Assembly (NCBI GenBank): GCA_043228905.1
Contig: JBHGNT010000006.1
Coordinates: 22,878,001 to 22,942,000 of the forward strand
DNA: 64,000 nt
Origin: Azolla caroliniana
Taxonomy: Eukaryota > Plantae > Polypodiophyta
Direction of reading: 5' to 3'
Shown here: in pieces, positions 55,401 through 64,000 of the stretch
Layout of the letters: the number at the start of each line of letters is the position of its first letter
Numbering within the stretch: the first letter of the stretch is position 1
Notes under the pieces: generated by a model
Told to the model about the DNA's origin: nothing
Databases searched by the model: none
What the model saw: only the letters and a program-made list of their open reading frames with translations
Position numbers and translations under genes: made by a program

Positions 55401-57818
55401 ACAGTAAACTCGAGCCGGATTCCCTTCGAGCGACAGTACTCCGCGAACTGCCCCCGGTATTCCCCTCCGTTATCCGCTCGTATCGCTTTCAGCTTCTTGC
55501 CGGATTCCCTTTCCACTCTCGCGTGGAGTTCTTTGAAGACGCACAACACTTGGTCCTTTGTCTTCAACGGTGCCGTCCACAGCTTCCGGCTGTGATCATC
55601 AATGAATGTTACGAAGTACTGGGCTCCGCCATGTGACTTCGTTTCTACCTGACACACATCAGTGTGCACCAACTCCAATGGTGCGCTACGTCTCGTCGGT
55701 GGTCTTGAATGGAAGGAGGTTCGGTTCTGCTTACCGGCCAGGCAATCGGTGCACTTCTCCAGGTGCACATGCTTCACTGGAATAAGGTTGTCTTCTGCAA
55801 GCCTCTTCATCCCCTTCTCACTCATGTGGCACAGTCTCTTGTGCCACAGCTCACCGGCAGTGTCGGCTGCCACGTTCAACTCTTCCGGACACAACCAGGC
55901 ATTCATAAGGTACAGTGTGTTGACTTTCCGGGCCCGAGCCACTATCAGGCTCCCCTTGCTGAACTTCATTACGCCGTTCCGGATGCTACCTGTGTAGCCT
56001 TCATCGTCTAGCCTCCCGGCCCAAATCAGGTTCAATCGAACCTCCGGAACGTGTCGGACATCCTTCAGCAGCATTTTGCATCCGGTCGGGGTTGTCAACC
56101 ACACGTCTCCTATGCCGGCAATCCGGCACGTACCTTCATTTCCCATCCGAACACAGCCAAGCTCACCGGCTGTGTAGGATGAGAAGTATCTTCTTTCCGG
56201 GGTCAGGTGGAACGACGCTCCGGAATCGACCACCCAGGTAGTCTCATCGCCGGCAATGTTTAGTTCACCTTCTTCGGTGATGAGCATGATCTCCTCTTCA
56301 CTTGCCGCGAGTGCCATCGTTCCTTTCCGGTCCTGCCCTCGCCGATCCGAACCATTCCGGTCCGTGGCTCCCCGGTAAGCACCGTTCCGTTCCGAAGACT
56401 TCTTCGAATCGGTGTCGTCGGCTCCGTTGTCTTTTCGGTAATGCCGACAATTCTTTCGGAAGTGCCCCGGCTTCCCACAGTGGAAGCATGTGGATCTTCC
56501 TCTTGACTGCGACCGGGTCCCCGACTTCTCCCGTCTTTGCGGACTCCGGTTCCATTGTCTTCCCCGTTCCGATTCGGTAAGCAGCGCCTTCGAGTCGGAG
56601 GCCGGTTCTTTATCTCTCCGACGCGCTTCTTCGTTCAAAATACTTGTCTTCACCGTTTGTAGGGACAAGTTATCTTCGGTGCAGGAGGTGCTGAGAGTCA
56701 CCACCAAGTTCTCCCAGCTTTCCTGCAATGTACACATCAGAATGATGGCTTGCATTGCATCCTCCAGCGGGAACTTGATCGCCGCAAGCTGGTTCACGAA
56801 TCCCATGAACGTGCTTACGTGTTCCACCATACTCTCGCCGTCCCGGTACTTGAGGTTCACTATCTTCCTCTTCAGGGAGGTCCGGTTCAACGCATTCTTC
56901 CTCTCGTAGAGGCCCGACAGCTTCCGCCACATCTCATATGCGTTGATGTCGTTCGCCACATGTTGTAGAACGCTCACGTCGACGTATTGCCGAATGGTTG
57001 CAACGGCTTTCCGGTTCAGAAGCCTCCATTCCGACTCAAGTACCCCCTTCGGTATTTCCGACCTGTCAATCGGTTCGTACAGGTCCCGAACAATCAGAAG
57101 ATCCTCCATCTTGATCTTCCAGTCGGCGTAATTCTGCGCATTCAGCATCATCATCCCCGGCTGCCCGCTGCCGCCGCCTTCCATTTTCTGCAGCAGCTCG
57201 CTCTGATACCAAGTTGATGGAAACAATCGACACTTTCCAAACTTCACCTCTCGGCCACAACCAAGGAAACACACGAATCGTTGTTGCAGAAATGGGAAAT
57301 GCAGAAGTAAATAAGTGGACACACGATTTAACGTGGAAAACCCTGTACGGGAAAAAACCACGGGAGTACAAGACTCCGAACCAAAACTATGCACAGAGAA
57401 GTATACAATGGTGAGCTGCAAGGCGACGACCTTGAGCTCGCTGTCCTCGCCACAGGCGGCGGAAATACATAGAGGCGTCGACCTCTTCCTCTCTCACGCT
57501 CTATCTCTCTCACGGCTGCTCTCTCTTCACTTGTCTTAAGTGAAAAAAACAGAAAAATGAGTAGCAACATTAAAACTGTTTGCCCTAAGTCATATTTATA
57601 CACATATGACTTTGGGGCTATTTACAACTATAGCCTCAAGGGCCCTTGGCAAACATATTCACAGATATGTCCCCGCATCCGGATCTCTCTCCGGGTACAT
57701 TCGTCATCCGGCTCCGAAGCCGGGGTCTTCATCATCCGGTTCCGAAACAGCAACCGGGCTTGTCGGCATTCATCTCCGACATCCGACCATCCCATCTGAA
57801 GGGACCGTAATCCCAACA
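52497..57818 (-). mobile_element. Ty1/copia element Copia-H, intact and young (5322 bp)
   Basis: 604-bp LTRs 52497-53100 and 57215-57818 with six differences by eye; TSD GATCG; PBS-Met at 57200-57211; PPT 53103-53112. Confidence 0.97.
53111..57184 (-). CDS. Copia-H gag-pol polyprotein (Gag, zinc knuckle, protease, integrase, RT, RNase H), 1357 aa
   Basis: Uninterrupted ORF; first ATG after the PBS is at 57184 (MEGGGSGQ); CFHCGKPGHFRKNC, WVVDSGASFH, ADNGGEY, LYVDDML, ALSTTEAEY. Confidence 0.95.
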   Translation of the reverse strand: MEGGGSGQPGMMMLNAQNYADWKIKMEDLLIVRDLYEPIDRSEIPKGVLESEWRLLNRKAVATIRQYVDVSVLQHVANDINAYEMWRKLSGLYERKNALNRTSLKRKIVNLKYRDGESMVEHVSTFMGFVNQLAAIKFPLEDAMQAIILMCTLQESWENLVVTLSTSCTEDNLSLQTVKTSILNEEARRRDKEPASDSKALLTESERGRQWNRSPQRREKSGTRSQSRGRSTCFHCGKPGHFRKNCRHYRKDNGADDTDSKKSSERNGAYRGATDRNGSDRRGQDRKGTMALAASEEEIMLITEEGELNIAGDETTWVVDSGASFHLTPERRYFSSYTAGELGCVRMGNEGTCRIAGIGDVWLTTPTGCKMLLKDVRHVPEVRLNLIWAGRLDDEGYTGSIRNGVMKFSKGSLIVARARKVNTLYLMNAWLCPEELNVAADTAGELWHKRLCHMSEKGMKRLAEDNLIPVKHVHLEKCTDCLAGKQNRTSFHSRPPTRRSAPLELVHTDVCQVETKSHGGAQYFVTFIDDHSRKLWTAPLKTKDQVLCVFKELHARVERESGKKLKAIRADNGGEYRGQFAEYCRSKGIRLEFTVPKTPELNGLAERMNQTIMERVRSMLAHAKLPKGFWAEAMSTATYVINRSPSVPLDGDTPQRVWTGREVSYRHLKVFGCLAYVHVAKDRRGKLDPKTRPCIFLGYGDDEFGYRVWDPVDKKIFRSCDIIFMENKTVADWESEKKMKSSKSTGEDQLYEEQSRPARDRLALEDPAEDGEETEPAEEDENDTGTGPDPEMDSDEEESEEPVTEAPERRYPLRERRAPRRFPEPEHVLLTDEGEPESFEEAKHDTQSRRWLSAMQDEMDSLHENHTYELVKLPKGKRALRNKWVFKLKPGDAGNPPRYKARIVVKGFQQKKGVDFDEIFAPVVKMTSIRTMLSIAASMELEVEQMDVKTAFLHGDLEEEIYMQQPEGFEKKGKEHLVCRLKKSLYGLKQAPRQWYLKFDSFMTDEGYLKTQSDHCVFVKKFEGGDFLILLLYVDDMLIVGGDQVKIRMLKKALHRTFSMKDRGPARKILGMHIIRDRKKKQLWLSQEKYVTKVLHRFNMSEARPVGSTLPTNCKLSSKQSPKTKAEKEDMMKVPYASAVGSLMYAMVCTRPDIGYAVGVVGRYMSNPGKEHWNAAKWILRYLKATANVCLRFGSGKPELDGFTDSDMSADADTSRSTSRYVMTYAGGAVSWQSRLQKTVALSTTEAEYMAAVEAGKEIIWMKNFIRELGIRREEYRLYCDSQSAIHLAKNAAYHSRTKHIQRRYHWIRERIEDKELVLTKVHTDENGSDMLTKVLTPDKLEACRKRIGLERHPMPK

Positions 57819-60716
57819 GATCGGTTTGATGAGATACGGGCCTACCCGGCTAGGAGCCAGTTGACACTCGAAGAAACGACTGGTTTCGAAGCAGAACCCG
57901 AACCGATCGAAGAAGAAGAGGAAGCGGAAACCGGAACTGGACAGGACCTCGAATTGGATTCAGATGAAGAACAAACAGAGGAGCCGGTTGCCGAAAGCCA
58001 AGGATGGAGATATCCTGTCCGGAGAGAAGAGCCCCCCGAAGATTTCCGGATGTAGAGCATGTGTTGCTAACCAATGAGGGGGAGCCGGAAAGCTTTGAAG
58101 AAGCAAGGGGAGACACCCACAGCCGCAAGTGGTTGAGTGCCATGCAAGATGAGATGGATTCCTTGCATGACAACCACACATACGAATTGGTGGAATTGCA
58201 AAAGGAAAGAGGGCACTCCGGAACAAGTGGGTGTACAAGCTGAAACCGGGAGACACCGGAAATCCACCAAGGTATAAGGCCCGAATCGTGGTGAAGGGCT
58301 TCCAGCAGAAGAAAGGAGTGGACTTCAATGAGATCTTTGCCCCAGTAGTAAAGATGACATCCATCCGAATGGTACTGGGCATAGCGGCAAGCATGGACCT
58401 CAAGGTAGAGCAACTAGACGTGAAGATGGCATTCCTCCATGGTGACCTCGAAGAGGAGATCTACATATAGCAACCGGAAGGATTTGAGAAGAAAGGGAAG
58501 GAGCACCTTGTGTGCCGGCTGAAGAAGAGCCTATACGGACTAAAGCAGGCTCCCCGGAAATGGTACCGGAAGTTCAACTCCTTCATGACCGATCAAGGGT
58601 ACCACAAGACACAGGCCAAGCACTGCGTGTTTGTGAAGAAATTTGATGGAGGAGATTTCCTGATATTGCTCCTGTACGTGGACGACATGTTGATTGTCGA
58701 ACGAGACCAAGTCAAGATACGGATGTTGAAGAAGGCCCTTAACCGGACCTTCTCAATGAAAGACTTGGGTTCGGCAAGATAGATATTGGGGATGCACATC
58801 ATCCAGGACCGGTGGAAGAAGCTATTGTGGCTGTCACAGGAAAAGTACGTGACAAAGGTGCTTCAGCGGTTCAACATGTCGGACGCGAAACCGGTTGGAT
58901 CGACACTTCTTGCAAACTGCAAGCTATCCAGAAAGCAAAGCCCGAGGACAAAGGCAGAGAAAGCAGATATGATGAAGATTCTATATGCCTCTGCGGTCGA
59001 GAGCTTGATGTACGCAATGGTGTGTACTCGACTGGATATTGGATACACAACCAGAGTGGTGAGCCGGTTCATGAGCAATCCTGGAAGAGAGCACTAGAAT
59101 GCGGTAAAGTGGATACTCCGGTACTTGAAAGGCACCTCGAGTATGTGCCTCCGATTCGGCTCCGGTAAACCCCATCTCGACAGTTTTACCGATTCAGATA
59201 TGTCGGCTGATGTGGATACCAGCCGGTCAACATCCGGATATGTTATGACATATGTCAGGGGAGCTATTTCGTGGCAGTCGAGCCTATAGAAGACGGTTGC
59301 GTTGTCAACCACGGAGGCTGAGTACATGGCAGTTGTGGAAGCCGACAAGGAAATATTATGGATGAAGGACTTCATCGGAGAGCTAGGGATCCGACAAGAG
59401 GAATACTGGCTCTATTGCGATAGTCAAAGTGTCATCCACCTTGCAAGGAACGCGGCGTACCATTCCAGGATGAAGCACATCCAACGCAGGTATCACTGGA
59501 TCCGGGAGCGAGTGGAAGACCAAGAGTTCGTGTTGATGAATATCCACACGAAGAAGAACAAGTCGGATATGTTGACCAAGGTGTTGACACTCGACAAGCT
59601 GGACACGTGTCGAAAGCGGATCGGACTGACCAGATATCCCATACCGAAGTGAAGGGGGAGATTGTTGGGATTTCGGTCCCTCCAGATGGGATGATGAGTA
59701 CCCGACAAGGAAGACCCGGTGAGAACCGGATGATGCAGACCCGCTTAGATACTCTCACCGGATGAAGGGACATATATGTAAATATGTTTCTAAGAAGCCC
59801 ATTGGGGCTATATTTGTAAATAGTCCTAAAGTCATATTAGTATAAATATGACCTAGGGCAAACACTATTTAGAGTTGTTGTAGATCATTGTAAGAGTTGT
59901 TGTATTGTATGCTTAACTGTTGTACAGAGAGAGAGAGAGAGAGATACAGAGCGAGTCTCTATTGTAACCACCGCCAGGCGAAGATTGTGAGCAAGAGGTC
60001 GTTGCCTTTGTGTTCCTTTTTTTTGTTGCATTCTTCTAGACATAGTGATAGTTTGGAGCTAGTGGGCTCCCGTGGTTTTTCCCGTTTAGGGTTTTCCACG
60101 TAAACATCCTGTGTACTCTCTCTTGCTCTATTGTTTGTGTGTATACGTGCATTTCTTCCTATTCCCATCTTTCTGTGGTTGATCCTAAGACTCGGTTGTG
60201 GCCGAGCAATATTCCGCATATTCCTGTCAGAAGACAACACGTGGGAAACAGAAGAGACATTACACAAACATTTTCCTAACTTCCCATTGCAAGAGTGCAA
60301 TTAAATGGACGGGAGAAGTATGTAATGTGCATTGGTTTAGACGTGCTTATTTAGGGGCTATCATACTGTAATATCTGAGTCGTCGGCTTTATTGGACTGA
60401 CCTAATGTGTGTCATTGGGTACCCCACACTTGATTGGTCAAGTAGATGTCATTACATGGCCTAGGTCCTATAAATAGGGGATACTCTCCTTTGTCAAGGG
60501 GGAGCCCCATGAGTGGTTCTGACGAAGCTCTCTTTGATGTGGACTAGTAATCTACCAAGGTCCTGATGTGGAGAACTTGGCTGGTATGGGATAGATCGGG
60601 ATTCCTCGTCTGTGCTAACAACTCTAGCGTAGGGGCAGATGTGTGGTAACGAGTATTTTTAGTATGATTGTGTCACTTATGTCTTTATTTTAGGATTAAT
60701 GATCTTGGCTATTACA

Positions 60717-60788
60717 TACGGCCTCAGCCGAACATACCCATCGATTCGGCTCATTCTCTTCCCATCCGGAGGGACCTAATATCCAACA
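60717..60788 (-). mobile_element. Outer 72 bp of a copia LTR into which the chromovirus inserted
   Basis: Minus strand TGTTGGATATTAGGTCCCTCCGGATGGGAAGAG matches the LTR starts of Copia-A/C/G/H. Confidence 0.7.
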
Positions 60789-62480
60789 CATAATACATCC
60801 CATTCTTTACTTAACAAAGTTTCCCATAATATATACTTCTTATGAGGAGAACATGCCCCTCTCACATTCCATGTTACCACTTTCATTCAATCAACAATGT
60901 TATGGGTGCACTTGCTCCTTTAGAGCAACCGATGTCATGAAACTAGTCAAAGCATGTTCCAATGCTGCATATGGATTCTCATGCACCACATCCTTAGGGA
61001 TGTCTACCGAAATCTTTTGTTTAGGTCCTCTTTCTTGACAAAAACCTCGAGAATTCAATGAATTTACAACCCATCCGAATGAATCAAATTGAAGGTGAAG
61101 GGGTAATCCCTTATCCCTAAATTGTCATTGCCAAGGAACTTTTCGAGGACCCTCCCTAGTTCCTAAATTACCTTGCCAAGTAATCTCACAAGTAGTAGGC
61201 AAACTATTACGTTGCATATTCATTGATTTCCCCTTAGACTTGCCCTTAACCTGATGCAAATCTTTGTCAACAACATCACTACTAGCTCTATCCAACGGTT
61301 TTTTCCCCTTATTTATAACCACTAAACTTTGTTTTTTCATATCCATAGATTGAGTTCCCTTATTCTTAGGGCCCAAACCTTGAAGTGAGACCTCTTTATA
61401 ACCTACTCTAGATAGTGTTCCTTCCTCCATAACAACCACAATATCTAACACACCAATATCTTTCCCAACACCTTCCTTAACATTCCCTTCATTAGGAACC
61501 TCTATAGTTGAAGGACAATGATGATGGCATTCCGCCATAAAGTGATCCCATTCACCACATCCAAAACAATGACTTGCAAATGTCTCCCACTTCAATTTAA
61601 AACAAAGTCTTTTCATACCAAGTGTCCATACACACCCATCCTAGCCTCTTACGGCATGTATGTCATAACACACAAAATCTGCACTTATTTGTAGCATTTG
61701 CATGTAGAGAAACCAATACTTTACCCATTTGACTCATCAACTTTGGTAAAAGTGGCCATAAAAAAGCATGCTCACAATCCACTATTACCCAAACAAGGCA
61801 TTCTTGTTTTAACAAAGCATGGTAGTCCACTATGGGGGAGCATTGCATTACATGCACTAATCGTTTATCAACAAACACGTGAACTTTAGCCAACAATGCA
61901 CTTCAATGTTCTAGTGAACGAAATATTACATCATAAAACCCCCGTGGTCCTGCATATATATTTTCAACTCAATTAGGTGACATGATTGTGTTCAACCATT
62001 GTTTAATCCAATTAATGTATGGGAGTTTCCCGGTAAAATAATAATATAACCGCATGATCATAGAATACATCAAAAGATTGCAACACTACCATAGCATCAA
62101 CTTCCACATCATGCATATCCTGATCAATGCATTCTTTCACTTAATTTTCATTTTCTTGCACAATATCAGACAACAAGGTATTGGCAATTCCCAATTACAA
62201 TGATCCTTGTCAAACTCATCTACATGTATTACTTCGGCATATGTCCATTTTTTCTCATTAATTTCCTCAATACCTTTAAACCTCTTAGAGCTTTCAATGT
62301 TTTCCCTTTCAGGATTACATTCAACCATCACATTACTCTTTTTTGGATCAATAGTTTCTATATCAATATCCCCCACAATGTGAAGAAGACATATCGAGTC
62401 TTCTGCATCTTGAAGCTACTTTAATGGAGCTAACGAGGTTCCATACTGTAGCACCCAACCTTGTGAAGTCGCCAGCTTCT
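60789..62480 (-). pseudogene. L1-type LINE ORF1 (DUF4283-like region and zinc knuckle), degenerate
   Basis: CFGCGEWDHFMAEC; CLVWV...LWPLLPKLMSQMGKVL; typical plant LINE ORF1 layout. Confidence 0.7.
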
Positions 62481-62949
62481 ATTTTTGGAAGAAGACGAGA
62501 TTGTTGGTGAACACTTGGTCTCTCTCTATAGACCCAAACTCTTCAGAGGACCTAGTGGATTTCCAACCATAAGGTTCTCTCAATATAAATAAAGATCTTA
62601 AAGGTCATAACTTTCAATTATTGTCATTGGTCCTGGGAAGCATGTGTGCTTGCCCTGTGATGAATCTTGGTCTCAATATTATGAATGAACTTGGAACTTA
62701 TAAACTACAACAATTCATTATCTTATATCAAAATTGGTTGCTAGAAAGTGACATTAGAGATCATAGTGCATCATTGATATATTAACATATGTATTCTCAA
62801 TAAGTATTACTATAAATAATACATTGCATGTAGTGGTAGTTGATTTGTTGTTTGCACCAAGAGATGTTATTCTAATCATGAGAATGATTACACATGGGCT
62901 TAATATAGCATATGGATTATGGTTGGGTTATTGTTCTAGCATGTGACAA

Positions 62950-64000
62950 AATTATTCACACAGGCTCAACCAAATTTCAATGTTGTCGATAGTTGTTGCT
63001 CCTTGCCACTAGGTCAAGGATGTTGACATGAATTAAATGACTGGAACACATGCTATTGCGCACATGAGGTGTGCAAGAGAGACCAAAGGACCATGTACTC
63101 TGCCTTTGTTATGGATGATGCCATGTCTTGGTTGCGAAGAGACGACTCGCCCTACAATATCATTTAATACTGAAATGTGGACTTTCTAGAGTCAATATTG
63201 CTAGCCATGTTTCAAACTGTGTATCCAAGTTTGGTTATCACCAAATTTTTAAAAACTCTAGAAGGGCCTCCCAAATATGGTAGAATCCATTTCATTGCTT
63301 GCCAAGTATCTTTCAATGATTAGACAAAAAATGAATTAAGACACCAATTCCATGATCAATGTGAAGCCTCGTGCACACCTTAGCATACATCAAATTGCCA
63401 ACTCCAAGAAAATGTGGTATATGTCTCATTTCTCATTTGTAGGGCACTATTCATACTAAGTTTAAAGTGACCTATGACTGGAGCATTGATTGAATCTATC
63501 AAGAACTTTTTGAATGTGTTTTTCTAAGATAGCCAAAAGTTTCTTATTTGCTCTATCCTCGGTTATCTTTGTACCAAGGATTTGTGTATCTGGTTTGAAG
63601 TTCTTCATAGCAAAAGACTTACTAAGCTCTCTCTTCAATTTCTCAATTTGGTTGGTATCTTGACAACTAGCTAACATCTCATCTGCATACAAGAGTAGAA
63701 TGATGAGATCACCATCAAACAATATCTTGAAGAACACACAATGGTTTGAGCTAGTTCAGTTGTACCTATGTTCTAACATGAATGAGTCAATGTCTAGAAG
63801 CTTGTTTAAGACCATATAAGGTCACCTTTAACCTACAAGGTTTTCTTTTCTTTTGACTCGAAACACCTCATGTTGTTATTTGGTCAATTTCTTCTTTCAA
63901 ATCACCATGACGGAAGGCGGTCCTCACATCTAGTTGTTTAATTTCTAGGATAAACTAGTTGCAATCCCAAACACAACACTTATTGAAGACCGTTTGGCAA
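62950..64000 (-). pseudogene. Very degenerate Ty1/copia RT-RNase H remnant
   Basis: LYGLKQA, IILLLYADEML and LKRELSKSFAMK (ORF 63462-63737). Confidence 0.75.

Larger units (their letters stand above)
49691..60229 (+). mobile_element. Ty1/copia element Copia-G (Tnt1/Tork-like), full-length but degenerate, containing Copia-H
   Basis: LTRs 49691-50255 and 59663-60229; TSD GAAGA; mutated PBS-Met at 50259-50270; PPT 59651-59660; gag-pol 50285-52496 and 57819-59652 with stops and frameshifts. Confidence 0.95.
48412..60716 (+). mobile_element. Ty3/gypsy chromovirus 3' part (integrase, chromodomain, PPT, 3' LTR 60321-60716), split by Copia-G
   Basis: WQSISMDFIVGLP, RLTKMARFIP, RYCGPYKV, VHPVFHVSRLK; chromodomain YKFKWKDRLEED-NTWETEETL across the GAAGA TSD; PPT GGACGGGAGAAG; LTR TGTAAT...ATTACA. 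Confidence 0.88.

Noticed and set aside
53388-57217. Numerous plus-strand ORFs opposite Copia-H pol
   Set aside because: Antisense shadows of a GC-rich coding frame with no recognisable motifs.
57185-57421. First 79 aa of the 1436-aa ORF call
   Set aside because: They lie in the LTR and PBS; the plausible start is the ATG at 57184. The same applies to the 50099 start (real start 50285).

Overview
Gene-free, heavily nested plant transposon landscape, probably from a non-seed plant such as a fern (inferred from the TE lineages present). No host protein-coding gene, rRNA, intact tRNA gene or CRISPR array is supported. From LTR termini, PBS/PPT sites and target-site duplications (TSDs) I can reconstruct: a split L1-type LINE; about 10 Ty1/copia elements or remnants (one intact, 52497-57818, with a single 1357-aa gag-pol ORF); two tRNA-Arg-primed Tat-like Ty3/gypsy elements; three members of a tRNA-Trp-primed gypsy lineage; a chromovirus; a hAT-like MITE; and an intron-containing Sola2-like DDD transposon split into five pieces over about 27 kb. 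Most notable: (1) a gypsy element with a second, inverted tRNA-Arg primer-binding site where the polypurine tract should be, suggesting tRNA priming of both cDNA strands; (2) a PBS extended to 38 nt of mature tRNA-Trp with a substitution at A58 and a stop next to G37, resembling a fossil reverse-transcriptase read-through of modified bases; (3) a 7.8-kb inversion with microhomology junctions inside nested copia elements; (4) a young copia with an apparently swapped Gag capsid region. All alignments were done by eye and tRNA assignments use remembered canonical plant tRNA sequences; no searches were run.
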